Source: a virus (lineage: Duplodnaviria > Caudoviricetes). From it: a DNA stretch of 60,905 nucleotides. The notes under the pieces were generated by a model, which saw nothing but the letters and a program-made list of their open reading frames with translations, ran no database searches and had not been told where the DNA came from. Positions 10,382-19,689 of this stretch are shown here, piece after piece. How positions within the stretch are numbered: position 1 is the first letter of the stretch; each line of letters starts with the position of its first letter. Where the stretch lies: IMG/VR virus record IMGVR_UViG_3300012942_000050, positions 1 through 60,905 of that record; one strand, written 5' to 3'. The translations under genes and the position numbers were made by a program.

Positions 10382-11233
10382 ATGGAAATCTCAGCGAAAG
10401 TCATCGCTCACTCTATCGCGCCCCACGGCGGGCAAATTGCCAGCCTGGAGCTGACCTTCCCGCGCTACATCCTGCCGGAAGTCAACACGCACAAGATCTG
10501 CTCACTCTCAGCGTCGTCAAGCCGTGCCATTCCGACTGCCAAGTATCTGGACCAGGTGTACTCCGAACCGTGTGGGTTCGTGAACTGGCGCATGAATCAG
10601 AAAGGCATGCAGCCTGCCGGAGAAGCGCAGGGCTACACCGCCCAGCGGGCGCAGGAAATCTACGAGGAAGCCGCGCAATCCGCCGCGCATTACGCAGCCA
10701 AGTTGGCCGATCTGGGTATTGCGAAGGAGCAGGCAAACAGGCTGGTCGAGCCTTACACCTGGACGCGCCAGATCATGACGGCCACCAGCTTCCAGAACCT
10801 GCTGGCGTTGCGCTGTCACCCCGACGCACAAAAAGAGTTTCAGGTGCTGGCCGGCTGCATCAAGGAGGCGCTGGAAAACTCCAAGCCGTACCACCTTGGC
10901 TACGAATCCTGGCACCTTCCATACATCATGCAGGAGGAGCGCACGCAGCACAACGTGTATACCCTGCTGAAAATGTCGGCAGCCCGCTGCGCAAGAGTTT
11001 CGTACAGGCTACACGACGGGTCGGAGACGACCCCGGAGCAGGACATCGAACTGTTTGAGCGCCTGGTCTACGCCAATCCCCCTCATATGTCACCGGCTGC
11101 CCACCAGGGCATGGCGATGGACGGTGCGTTGATGAGCAGAAACTTCAAGGGGTGGATGCAGTTTCGTGCGGTGTTGGAAGAAGTCGGCTTTGACGGTCGC
11201 CCACCACTTGGGAAGCTGGATGGTTTTATCTGA
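10382..11233 (+). CDS. thyX: Flavin-dependent thymidylate synthase-like protein (phage ThyX type)
   Basis: MEISAKVIAHS start with AGGA RBS; SSRAIP, KEQANRLVEPY, LRCHPDAQKE, SAARCARVSY and HMSP blocks typical of phage ThyX. Confidence 0.85.
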   Translation: MEISAKVIAHSIAPHGGQIASLELTFPRYILPEVNTHKICSLSASSSRAIPTAKYLDQVYSEPCGFVNWRMNQKGMQPAGEAQGYTAQRAQEIYEEAAQSAAHYAAKLADLGIAKEQANRLVEPYTWTRQIMTATSFQNLLALRCHPDAQKEFQVLAGCIKEALENSKPYHLGYESWHLPYIMQEERTQHNVYTLLKMSAARCARVSYRLHDGSETTPEQDIELFERLVYANPPHMSPAAHQGMAMDGALMSRNFKGWMQFRAVLEEVGFDGRPPLGKLDGFI

Positions 11234-11708
11234 AGCAGATGTAGAGCGATTCTGGTCACACGTCAAGGTGGGCCAGATTCATGAATGCTGGTTGTGGATG
11301 GCCTCCAAGCGCCCCAAGCGAGATGGGGGTCACGGCAGATTCCGGGTACGCGACAGCAATGAACACGCCCACCGGGTCGCCCTGGCCTCCACGGGTGTGG
11401 ATGTGGATGGCAAGGTGGTCAGGCATCGTTGCGATACGGCAGACTGCCAGAACCCATCACATCTTGCTACCGGCACGCAGTTGGATAACGTTCAGGACAT
11501 GATCGACCGCAACAGGCTCGCCAGGGGCGAAGCCAACGGTCAGGCCAGGTTGACGGAGGCTCAGGTCATCAAGATGCGTGTCTCCAAGCTCAGCCATTAC
11601 GTCTGGGCTAAGCGCCTGGGCGTGGACGACGCCACTGTCTCCAAAGCGCGGCGGGGCATCACCTGGGCTTACTTGAACGACGACTATCCGCCCATACATT
11701 TTAAATAG
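11220..11708 (+). CDS. Free-standing HNH endonuclease
   Basis: RFWSHV..ECWLW, AHRVA, VRHRCDTADCQNPSHL..GT..DN, plus C-terminal HTH-like segment. Confidence 0.9.
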   Translation: MVLSEADVERFWSHVKVGQIHECWLWMASKRPKRDGGHGRFRVRDSNEHAHRVALASTGVDVDGKVVRHRCDTADCQNPSHLATGTQLDNVQDMIDRNRLARGEANGQARLTEAQVIKMRVSKLSHYVWAKRLGVDDATVSKARRGITWAYLNDDYPPIHFK

Positions 11709-11725
11709 TACGGAGAAGACTTACT

Positions 11726-11920
11726 GTGGATGAACTTATCTACCGAATGCCCGAACTCACCAAGGTGGTGGGCCTGGGCAAGACCAAGCTATACGAAATG
11801 ATGGCTGCGGGCCAATTCCCCGCACCCGTGGAACTTGGCCCCAACAGCGTCGGCTGGCGTGCCGACGAGATCAAAGCCTGGGTAGAAAATCTACCCCACC
11901 GAGAATTTTGCTTAGAGTAG
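11726..11920 (+). CDS. alpA: AlpA-family excisionase/regulator
   Basis: VVGLGKTKLYEMMAAGQFPAPVELGPNSVGW is an AlpA signature; convergent with the integrase. Confidence 0.88.
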   Translation: MDELIYRMPELTKVVGLGKTKLYEMMAAGQFPAPVELGPNSVGWRADEIKAWVENLPHREFCLE

Positions 11921-13100
11921 TGCCCAGTTCGGTGAAGGCTCGCTTTCTCTCCGGTATACGCTGTTGGAGTTGATACGTGGCCTTCACCTCATCCTCCTCC
12001 ATATGGTTCAGGCATAGGTCGATCAAGTCCTTGTCGTAGCCTAACTCCCCCATCATCGTGGATCCTGTGCGGCGCAAATCGTGCATCGTCCAGTGTCCTC
12101 CTGGCAGCACCAGATCCGTCGTGTTCCTCCTTCTCTTCAAGGGCTTTTCTCGCCCCTGTCTGTCCGTCAATTCCCGCGTGAATGCCGTAGGCTGAATATA
12201 GGTTCCATCCCGCTTTCCTCTGCCGGGAAACAGCCACCCTTCCGGGCGGTCAGCCAGCAAAATCCCAAACACTGCTTTCGACACCTCGTTCAGGTGTATC
12301 AGATGCTCCTGGCCGTTCTTGGCAAACTCGCCAGGAACCCGCCACGTCCCTTTCTTCAAATCCACATCTTCTGCAGAAACGCTCGCCACCTCAATAGACC
12401 TGGCCATGGCGGACAAAGCCAGCCAACAACCTAGCTGAGTGCGCCTGGGCAGCTTGCCCTTGATGAACAGGCCCGGCAACGACTTCAACTCTTCAGCATC
12501 CAGGACTCGGCTGGATCGACGCCTCTTGCCTCCAATGTCCTTGGCTTTCACCCCTGCGAGAGGATCCCCCACTACCCATCCGCGTGGCGTACCGTAACCA
12601 AACATCTGATGCGCCTCCGCAAGTAGCAGCTTGGCCTGACGAGGGTGCCCAGCAGCTATCACGTCATCCAGAATCGGCATGTAATGGCTGGATCGGATGT
12701 CTTCGGGCGCGACACGCCCTATCACGGGGCTGACGTGTTTTCTGTACCTCCCACTAATGGAGTCCCGGTCATTTTGCCTGCGTCGATGGTCCACTACATA
12801 TTTGGTAAACCACAGGTCGAACATGTCGTCCAGCGTCTTGGGCTTGTCTTTGACAAGTGCCAGGATGGCGGGCGCACGCCTGGCATCGGCAAGCTCTCTG
12901 GCCTGCAGCAAGCTGACGCTCGGATAATGGCCAAGCGTCTGGATGGACGTCGCGCCCGACTTCATGAGGCGAAGGCGCCAGATCTTGGCGCCTGTGGGTT
13001 TTATGCGGAGTTGGAGGCCGTCGCCATCGTTTAGGTTATACTCTTTCGTCTTCGGTTTGGCGGTCCTGACAGCGCGTTCGGAGAGTAGATTTCTGGACAT
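11871..13100 (-). CDS. int: Tyrosine integrase (P4-like, with arm-binding domain)
   Basis: N-terminal DGDGLQLRI..G.K.W arm-binding domain; catalytic R, HDLRRT, LNH and Y. Likely start MSRNLL at 13100, because the longer ORF runs through the arm repeats. Confidence 0.93.
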   Translation of the reverse strand: MSRNLLSERAVRTAKPKTKEYNLNDGDGLQLRIKPTGAKIWRLRLMKSGATSIQTLGHYPSVSLLQARELADARRAPAILALVKDKPKTLDDMFDLWFTKYVVDHRRRQNDRDSISGRYRKHVSPVIGRVAPEDIRSSHYMPILDDVIAAGHPRQAKLLLAEAHQMFGYGTPRGWVVGDPLAGVKAKDIGGKRRRSSRVLDAEELKSLPGLFIKGKLPRRTQLGCWLALSAMARSIEVASVSAEDVDLKKGTWRVPGEFAKNGQEHLIHLNEVSKAVFGILLADRPEGWLFPGRGKRDGTYIQPTAFTRELTDRQGREKPLKRRRNTTDLVLPGGHWTMHDLRRTGSTMMGELGYDKDLIDLCLNHMEEDEVKATYQLQQRIPERKRAFTELGTTLSKILGGVDFLPRL

Positions 13101-13253
13101 TCTTCGGGTCAAATCCGGGTCAAATGAGGATGCAGTCGGGGTCAAAATGGGTCAAATTAGACGCGGATTGCAGTGTACTCCAACGAACTGGAATGAACCA
13201 CTAACCAGAAATTTCTCCGTAGTATCAGGTAGTTAAGTGGCTGGAAAGCCAGT

Positions 13254-13330
13254 CGGGGCGTAGCGCAGCCTGGTAGCGCATCTGCTTTGGGAGCAGAGGG
13301 TCGGCAGTTCGATCCTGCCCGTCCCGACCA
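13254..13330 (+). tRNA. tRNA-Pro (anticodon TGG), 77 nt with encoded CCA
   Basis: Acceptor CGGGGCG/CGTCCCG-A-CCA; D arm GCGC..GCGC; anticodon arm TCTGC-tttggga-GCAGA; T arm GGCAG-ttcgatc-CTGCC. Confidence 0.95.
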
Positions 13331-13338
13331 ATAAAATC

Positions 13339-13370
13339 AAGGCTCTCCAGATTGAGAGCCTTTCGTTTTT
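13339..13370 (+). terminator. Intrinsic terminator after tRNA (possibly bidirectional)
   Basis: AAGGCTCTC-cagatt-GAGAGCCTT then TCGTTTTT. Confidence 0.75.
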
Positions 13371-13401
13371 CGGTCTTCGGGTCAAACCTGGGTCAAATCG
13401 T

Positions 13402-13857
13402 TCAGACGATCTTCCCGTTCACAATGCTGTGCCCGTTGCTCTTTCCATCCTCTTCCCACGAAGATTTCCCACCTATGGCCACCCCCAGGTACAGGATGGT
13501 GTAGGCCCACGCAGGGATCCCTGTGGCCTTGGCAGCCTCCAGGTAGACCTTGTTGGCCATCTGCTCGTCGCAGACCTCATGGTGATGGAACAGCCAATCA
13601 TGGATCACGGCGGCTTTATGCGCCCGGTCCCCCACCAGCCAGTAGGCCAGGGGGAAACGCGGGACACTGCCGTAATCAGTGAGAAACCCTACCTCCACCG
13701 TGATGAGCCGACCCAGCTCCACGGAGTAGAACTCCAAGGGCTGCGTCACCTCCCAGATGCCTCGCCCACTCGCCGCCGTATCGTTGACGTTGTGGGTGTA
13801 GAGGCCAGTCAGGAAGATGCCATGATCGGGCTTCGGGGTGAAGGCAGGGGAATTCAC
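13402..13857 (-). CDS. DUF1353-like protein
   Basis: GFLTDYGSVPR...AAVIHDWL motif; last gene of the lysis cluster. Confidence 0.8.
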   Translation of the reverse strand: MNSPAFTPKPDHGIFLTGLYTHNVNDTAASGRGIWEVTQPLEFYSVELGRLITVEVGFLTDYGSVPRFPLAYWLVGDRAHKAAVIHDWLFHHHEVCDEQMANKVYLEAAKATGIPAWAYTILYLGVAIGGKSSWEEDGKSNGHSIVNGKIV

Positions 13858-14252
13858 TGAGCCAGCGCCTGGTTAAGCAGCGCCTGGGCGGCGATGATGC
13901 CGAACGTCAGCTTGCCCTTGTCGTCATCGGACAGCTTGGAGGTCTGCACGACATGGATGAGGTCCGGGACAGCATTCTGGGCAAGATCCTTGATGTTGGG
14001 GATGTCCGGAATGTCAGTCGTTGAAGCGTTACAGACTTTATCTGCAGCACTCTGGGCCTTGCCAAGGTCTGCCAGCTGGTCAGCGGTGAAGTTGGCGGTC
14101 ATGCCCTGCATGGACGACAGCGCGGGCTGGACGACGGCGCAGACCTTCGTGACCTGCTTCTGGACATTGGCCAGCGCCTGTTCCTGCGTCAGCGGCTGGT
14201 TGGCGCAACCCGCAAGAGCGAGTGCCAAGGTGAGAGGGAGTGCGATCTTCAT
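13854..14252 (-). CDS. Lipoprotein in lysis cassette (spanin candidate)
   Basis: Signal peptide with lipobox LAGC; helical body; modestly hydrophobic C-terminus. Confidence 0.7.
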   Translation of the reverse strand: MKIALPLTLALALAGCANQPLTQEQALANVQKQVTKVCAVVQPALSSMQGMTANFTADQLADLGKAQSAADKVCNASTTDIPDIPNIKDLAQNAVPDLIHVVQTSKLSDDDKGKLTFGIIAAQALLNQALAQ

Positions 14253-14263
14253 GTCGTTTGTCC

Positions 14264-14482
14264 TTATTTCGCAGGCGGGGCGGGAGGCTGAGTGTTGTCG
14301 GAGCCCACCTTGGCGACGTGATACAGGCCCACGCCGTACAGGCCCAGCTTGGTGGTTTCCAGGAAGTCCTGGACGTCAGCCTTGCCGAGGTAGACCATGT
14401 AGGCCCAGGCGCCATACAGCACGGCGCCGATCAGCAATTTCTGGGTCTGACCGGAGAGGGTGAATTTGGAGAGATCCATCAT
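14264..14482 (-). CDS. Putative holin
   Basis: 72 aa, two hydrophobic segments, dual-Met start (MM), AGGA RBS, lysis cluster location. Confidence 0.6.
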   Translation of the reverse strand: MMDLSKFTLSGQTQKLLIGAVLYGAWAYMVYLGKADVQDFLETTKLGLYGVGLYHVAKVGSDNTQPPAPPAK

Positions 14483-14814
14483 TGATTCCTCATCGTGAGT
14501 TGGTTGATCTGCACCTGCATGTGCTCAACCGCCGCCTGCAGGGTGGCAATCTGTGCTTTGAGTTCGCCTATCTTCAGGACGGCCTCATTGCGCTCTCGTT
14601 CAGCGTGTTCAGCACGCTTGTTGGCTTCCTTTAGCTGCTCCATCAGGGTCTGCAAGAACTCCACCTCTGTCTTATTGCCAGCCCGTGCAGCGGAATCCCC
14701 ACTCAACCAGCGCCGTAAACCGAGGGCAGCAGCCACCGTGGCTGCAATAGCCGCCCCAATCCATCCAGATAAACCTGTGATACTCAGGTCCACATCGTCA
14801 GGCGTTGGAACCAT
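14479..14814 (-). CDS. Membrane-anchored coiled-coil lysis-cassette protein (holin/antiholin-like)
   Basis: One N-terminal TM followed by a coiled coil; directly downstream of the endolysin. Confidence 0.6.
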   Translation of the reverse strand: MVPTPDDVDLSITGLSGWIGAAIAATVAAALGLRRWLSGDSAARAGNKTEVEFLQTLMEQLKEANKRAEHAERERNEAVLKIGELKAQIATLQAAVEHMQVQINQLTMRNQ

Positions 14815-14817
14815 CCC

Positions 14818-15303
14818 TTAACTCCCCATGAACATGTGGAACTCGCCTTCCCGGCGACGTTTCAGACCTGCCACTTCGTGGCCCCCGGCGTTATCCCAAT
14901 CCATGAAGGCCAAGGCGGCGCCTACGGTGTCGTGAGCATTCAGGCGCGTCATCAAGGTGCTTGGCTTGCCGTTCTTGAGTACGCAGATGCCTGATCGAAC
15001 ACCCTTCTTGCCAGGTCCAACGTTGAACACGATGGACACAAGGGCGTCGTACTGACCCTGGGTCAGGTTGGCCATGACGTCCGGAGCGACGGCCTTGACA
15101 AGCTCTGCCTCAGCCTCACCGACGTCACCAGCAAGCCAGGAGTCGGCCTGAGCCCGCGTGCAGGTGTCGCCAGGCTTGACGTCACCCGTATGGCCCCAAC
15201 CAATCGTCCAAGGCTCGCCACCCGTTGCCGGGTCCGGGTAAGCCTTCAGTTGGAGGGATTCAAAGGACTTGAGGAAGTCGAGTCCTTTATCGGAGATGTG
15301 CAT
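14818..15303 (-). CDS. Endolysin, GH24 phage lysozyme
   Basis: FESLQLKAYPD..WTIGWGHT (E-x8-D), DALVSIVFNVG, GLKRRREGE. Confidence 0.93.
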   Translation of the reverse strand: MHISDKGLDFLKSFESLQLKAYPDPATGGEPWTIGWGHTGDVKPGDTCTRAQADSWLAGDVGEAEAELVKAVAPDVMANLTQGQYDALVSIVFNVGPGKKGVRSGICVLKNGKPSTLMTRLNAHDTVGAALAFMDWDNAGGHEVAGLKRRREGEFHMFMGS

Positions 15304-15332
15304 GGCAGTTCGACTGCTCTAATTGTTATATT

Positions 15333-15353
15333 GCAATTTTACCGTAATATTGC
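15333..15353 (-). promoter_or_regulatory. Copy of 21-bp GCAA-N13-TTGC element upstream of the lysis genes
   Basis: GCAATTTTACCGTAATATTGC. Confidence 0.65.
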
Positions 15354-15541
15354 TATTTCTTCTTGTATTTATCCTTTACAGCTTGGCAACTGTTGATCCA
15401 ATCCAACGTCTCTTGCGGCAGCTTGATGCCCTGCTCCTTCAGGCAGACGGCCATCTTCAGGATGGCGTCGAGCTGATCGGGCACGGAAGGGTAGGCTTTG
15501 GCCCGCAGCGGACCATAAGGTTCATGATGCTGGATTTTCAA
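15353..15541 (-). CDS. Small tail-fibre-associated protein
   Basis: R..AYP...DQLDAI.K...W...C.AVK..Y pattern common after tail fibre genes. Confidence 0.65.
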   Translation of the reverse strand: MKIQHHEPYGPLRAKAYPSVPDQLDAILKMAVCLKEQGIKLPQETLDWINSCQAVKDKYKKK

Positions 15542-15887
15542 CCTTGAACTCCTTATTCAGATAAGGCCAGGACGACACTCTCACCGTGTAAGTGCCAGGC
15601 TGGTCAAACGACAGGTCGGCCTGCCCGTCCGTGACGTCGTAATCAACACCCTCCACGGTGACGACAGAGGGTTTGGGCAATCCTGTAATGGACAGGCCTG
15701 TCAGCTTAGCTGGGTTGGCCTGGCGGGCGGTTGCCACACCATCTTTTACGTAATGAGTGTCCGGGTCGAACTTGCCAGCCACGAAGTTCGGATTGAGCTT
15801 GCGATTGAGCTTGGCTGTGTCGGCATCAGATTGCAGAGTGCCGGTGATACGCCCGGAGGCATCATGGAAGGTCGTGTAAATGTTCAT
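15522..15887 (-). CDS. Tail-associated protein downstream of the central fibre
   Basis: Start MNIYTTF 1 nt after the fibre stop; beta-rich C-terminus (PGTYTVRVSSWPY). Confidence 0.65.
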   Translation of the reverse strand: MNIYTTFHDASGRITGTLQSDADTAKLNRKLNPNFVAGKFDPDTHYVKDGVATARQANPAKLTGLSITGLPKPSVVTVEGVDYDVTDGQADLSFDQPGTYTVRVSSWPYLNKEFKVENPAS

Positions 15888-15888
15888 G

Positions 15889-18800
15889 TCAGCGCATCGC
15901 GGAGAGGATAGTGACGCTAGGTGTTCCGGCAAGAGCGCCTGATGGTTGAGAGACAACGACGGAATGTGTGCCAGCGCCTAGGTTCAGCATTGCAGCACCC
16001 GGTATGGTGTAGCTGACCTTATAGGAATTGTTGCTCTCACCACTGCCAGAAGACGCCCAGTACTCCATGTATATGGCCTGCACGGTAAGTGCTGTGCTGC
16101 CGTCAATGACCACCTTTCCTGCTGGCACAATCACCAGGCACGACGCGGCATCCTTCAACGTAAAGGAGAATGTCCCACTGCCGCTGTAACTCACCGATAC
16201 CGTCACGGACCCATTGGCGAGCTTGAGCGTGTCGATTTCGGCAGTGCCGATCTTGGCATTCGTGATCGTGGCGTCCGCAATCTTCGCATTCGTGATCGCC
16301 GCGTTCGCAATCTTCGCATTCGTGATCGCCGCATTAACAATCTTGGCAGTCGTGATCTGCGCATCTGCAATGTGGGCATTGCCAATCTGAGCCACGCCGA
16401 TCTTGGCGTAGGTGATGGACGCATTCTTGATTTTCGCGGTATCAATGGAGGCATCTTGGATAACCGCGCTGTTGATGAATGTTTGCCCACCTTCCACAGC
16501 AAACGGGACAACCACACCACTGGTGTTCGTGTTCAGCAGGGCCAAGCGATCTGCCTGTAGCAGGATCTGGGAAACGTAACCTGTGCCGTCCGTATCTGGC
16601 TCTACGCCAAGACCCATACCGGCGAAGTACCGGACGTTATCTACAGTGACTTCAGACTTCAGGGTGAAGGCGGAAGCAACCTTTCCGTTCAGGTCAGCAC
16701 GTGCCTGTGATTCCGCCTGAATGGCCGCAGTGTTGCCACCCGCAGTTGCAGAGACTGTGTTGATCTGGTCAGAGAGCGATGTCGTCGCGTCCACACGGGC
16801 CGTCTGCTCAGTGGTGATCAACGCCGTCAGGTCAGAATTCACCTGTGCAATCTTGGTGTCGATCTCCTGAGCCAGTGCGCTATCCTGATCAGCACGAGCC
16901 GTCTGCTCTGTTGCCACGGCTGCTGCGTTCGTGTCCACGCGAGCTGACAAGGCGGTGAGTTGGGAGGCTAACGCCGACGTCTCGTCCGAAAGTGTCTGCT
17001 GCACCGTGTCGATGTGGGCGCCAAGGGAGTCGGTATCGTCCAGGCGCAGGTACTTCTCCGCGTTGACCATGAGGCTCGTGGCCTCACTCTCTGCTTCCAA
17101 CTGCTTGGCCAGATCTGTCGTGATGACTTCGTTGCGGATGGCGTCCAGGTAGTCATTAGCCTCAATACTGGAATCACCCTCGACGCCTGCGCCCTCACCG
17201 GGGTAGTACGGGCCATAGTTGCCCGATTTATCGACGATGCGTGCCCAGAAGTACAAGGTGGCGCCAGCCTTCAGGCCCATCATCTTGTAGTTGTCCTGGG
17301 GGTACGCAAAGTCCAGCTTCGTGGCCGTGGCCAGGTCGTCCTGATCGCTGTACCAAAGCTCGGTGCGCAGCGCGTCTTCAGACCCGCTGGCCGGGAAGCC
17401 CCACTGAATGGAAATCCCCCACAGCAGCGGCGTGGCCGTCAAGGACGTGATTGCGGGAGGTGGCGTGTTCTTGCCGGTCAGCGCCGTCAGCACCGAGTTG
17501 GTGTAGATGGACGCGATGTCGAATGCGTTGATCGCCCTGACACGCGCCAAGTAGTTGCCGGTGTAGATATTCGGCAACTCAATGCTGGTGCTGCCGGTGC
17601 GAGCGAAACTCATCCACTCGCCGTTATCCTTCTTCCACTGCCCCTCGTAAGCCACTGCATTAGGCGTGGTGGGCCAGGCGATGGTGGCAATCGTGTTGGC
17701 AATGCCCTGGGAGACGACGACGCGCTGAGAAATCGTGACGCTGGCGGGCGGCGTCTGCACGCCGGGCGGGATGGCCGTGATGGGCCGGGTATCCAGCTTC
17801 GTGCCGTTGGCAATCGCATCGAACTTTGAAGGCTCGTACTGCACACACTTCAAGTCGAACGTCACGCCGTCCTTCTCGGTGACGGACAGTACGCGGTATG
17901 TCTGCAGCTTTACGTCGCCGTCGATGCCCCAGGAACCCTGCACCTGCGGGACGGCGGTGAAGTTCTGGCTGACGGTGATCTTGCGACCGTCGATGTTGCT
18001 GATCGTGCGGACGTCCGCCGCGCCGGTGGGCAGCATGACGGTGAGGCTGTCGCCCACCTTCGCGGTGAAGTCGCAGTCGGTGGTGATCGTATTCAGCGTG
18101 GATGCGGAGATCAGCCCACCCTTGTACTCACCGATCAGATCCTGGTCGGCAATCTGGATGACGTCGCCTGGCTTGGACTTCAAGCCCTTCAAGCCAAGAG
18201 TGAAGGTGCAGGTTTCCGTCTCTACTTGTGAGGTCAGGAGCGCCCATCTACCCACGCGGTGGGCCTGACCCTGCGAGGAGCAACCGAAGGCTGAAATCTG
18301 CGTCTCGATGTAGCCGTAGCGGGCGATGGCGTCCGCGTCTTCGACGTACTCGGTGTTCTGCTGCCAGAAGTTGTTGAAGTCGCTCCAGCCGACAAGGGCG
18401 ACGGTATAGCGAGTGCTGCGTGGCGACCCGGAGTAGTTGAAGGTTCCATTCTCTACGTCCGAATTGCTGTAGACGGCGGAGACGTCCTTGGGCATGTCGG
18501 CCACGGCAAACACCGAGCCCGACATGTAGTACGCCATGCCCTGAAAGACGGCGGCGAGTTTCTGCAGGAGGTCGAACGCGCCTTCACGGTCCTGGATGTA
18601 GGCGTTGCAGGTAAAGCGAGGTTCCTGCCCACCGAAACCGTCTGGGACAAGCTCGTCGCAGTACTGGGCGATGGTGTAGAGCGCCCATTTATCAAGCCAA
18701 CCAGCTGGTATGCGCGTGCCGCAACCGAAGCGAGGGTTGCTGGCCAAGGCGTAGAATATCCAGGCCGGGTTATCCGTCCAGGCCGTGACGAACCCCCCGT

Positions 18801-19617
18801 TCCAGGCGCCGTTGTAGGTGCGGTCGGTGGTGTTGTAGTTGTTGGGGATCTGGACCTTGATGCCCTTGACGGCATAGTTCCGCGTCGGAATACCCTGGAA
18901 CTGCGTGGAGTCGATCTCCAGGCCGATCAGTGCGGAGTTCGGGTAGCTGAACAGGCCATCCACGATCTCCGTCACGGACTCGATCATCGTCGTGTCGGAG
19001 ACGTTCGACAGGTTGGCATTGGCCGTGATGCGCCGCACGCGGATATTGCGCGAGGTCGTCGCGGGCGGCAGCCGGATATCGTGCGAGCGCTGGTAAGTCG
19101 AATTCGTCTTGCCGTCGAAGGCGCTGCTGACGACGGTGGTATAGGGGCCGTCGTCTGCCGAGACGTCGATGGCGTACTCAACGCGGTAGCCGTTGGTGTC
19201 ACCCGTCTTGAGGCTGGTTTCCTTGAGTGCCGTCACATCCAGCGTGACGCGCACGGCAGTCAGGTCAAGGTTGGGGAAGCTGCGGATCCAGGGCGTGTCG
19301 GAGCGAAGCTCGACGTTGATGGGGATGCCGTTTTCCGTGGAGGGAAAGCCTGGCAGCGGATCCTGGTGCTGCGTGCCGTATCGGGTGCCGACGACCAGGC
19401 CGGAGAAGTTGGCCACGCCGGAGGTGGTCAGCGGCGTCTGGTTGACATAGATGGAGTTCAGCCCGTCGATCAGACCTTCAATCTCGCCTTCGGAGATGAG
19501 GTCGATGATCCGGGCTTTGGACATGCTGTGGAGGCTGTCCGGGGCTTCCGTGGGGGAACTGGAACTACCCCCTCCCTTTCCGCCCCCACCGTACCCTACG
19601 ATGGGAGTTGCAGTCAT
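15889..19617 (-). CDS. Tail tip / host specificity protein (lambda gpJ-like central fibre)
   Basis: GGGKGG..PTEAPDSL.S start, IDLISEGEIEGL, WTDNPAW, EPRFTCN, GCSSQGQAHRVGRW, FN3 domains, coiled coil, DUF1983-like block, decapeptide AKI-x-N/D-A-x-I-T repeats. Confidence 0.95.
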   Translation of the reverse strand: MTATPIVGYGGGGKGGGSSSSPTEAPDSLHSMSKARIIDLISEGEIEGLIDGLNSIYVNQTPLTTSGVANFSGLVVGTRYGTQHQDPLPGFPSTENGIPINVELRSDTPWIRSFPNLDLTAVRVTLDVTALKETSLKTGDTNGYRVEYAIDVSADDGPYTTVVSSAFDGKTNSTYQRSHDIRLPPATTSRNIRVRRITANANLSNVSDTTMIESVTEIVDGLFSYPNSALIGLEIDSTQFQGIPTRNYAVKGIKVQIPNNYNTTDRTYNGAWNGGFVTAWTDNPAWIFYALASNPRFGCGTRIPAGWLDKWALYTIAQYCDELVPDGFGGQEPRFTCNAYIQDREGAFDLLQKLAAVFQGMAYYMSGSVFAVADMPKDVSAVYSNSDVENGTFNYSGSPRSTRYTVALVGWSDFNNFWQQNTEYVEDADAIARYGYIETQISAFGCSSQGQAHRVGRWALLTSQVETETCTFTLGLKGLKSKPGDVIQIADQDLIGEYKGGLISASTLNTITTDCDFTAKVGDSLTVMLPTGAADVRTISNIDGRKITVSQNFTAVPQVQGSWGIDGDVKLQTYRVLSVTEKDGVTFDLKCVQYEPSKFDAIANGTKLDTRPITAIPPGVQTPPASVTISQRVVVSQGIANTIATIAWPTTPNAVAYEGQWKKDNGEWMSFARTGSTSIELPNIYTGNYLARVRAINAFDIASIYTNSVLTALTGKNTPPPAITSLTATPLLWGISIQWGFPASGSEDALRTELWYSDQDDLATATKLDFAYPQDNYKMMGLKAGATLYFWARIVDKSGNYGPYYPGEGAGVEGDSSIEANDYLDAIRNEVITTDLAKQLEAESEATSLMVNAEKYLRLDDTDSLGAHIDTVQQTLSDETSALASQLTALSARVDTNAAAVATEQTARADQDSALAQEIDTKIAQVNSDLTALITTEQTARVDATTSLSDQINTVSATAGGNTAAIQAESQARADLNGKVASAFTLKSEVTVDNVRYFAGMGLGVEPDTDGTGYVSQILLQADRLALLNTNTSGVVVPFAVEGGQTFINSAVIQDASIDTAKIKNASITYAKIGVAQIGNAHIADAQITTAKIVNAAITNAKIANAAITNAKIADATITNAKIGTAEIDTLKLANGSVTVSVSYSGSGTFSFTLKDAASCLVIVPAGKVVIDGSTALTVQAIYMEYWASSGSGESNNSYKVSYTIPGAAMLNLGAGTHSVVVSQPSGALAGTPSVTILSAMR

Positions 19618-19649
19618 TTATTCTTATTATTGGTTGACTGTTGTATTGT

Positions 19650-19670
19650 GCAATTTTACCGCAATATTGC
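19650..19670 (-). promoter_or_regulatory. Copy of 21-bp GCAA-N13-TTGC element upstream of gpJ
   Basis: GCAATTTTACCGCAATATTGC. Confidence 0.65.
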
Positions 19671-19689
19671 ACTATTTTAGATGGGGCGC

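Larger units (their letters stand above)
13106..13397. mobile_element. attP: three pairs of GGGTCAAA arm-type repeats around a tRNA core, with an IHF site
   Basis: GGGTCAAA at 13106, 13117, 13139, 13149 (left of tRNA) and 13379, 13390 (right), paired at 10-11 bp spacing. IHF-like TATCAGgtagTTA at 13223-13235. Confidence 0.8.

Noticed and set aside
13254-13330. tRNA as a prophage boundary (attL/attR) with host DNA on one side
   Set aside because: Phage genes and arm repeats lie on both sides, consistent with attP.
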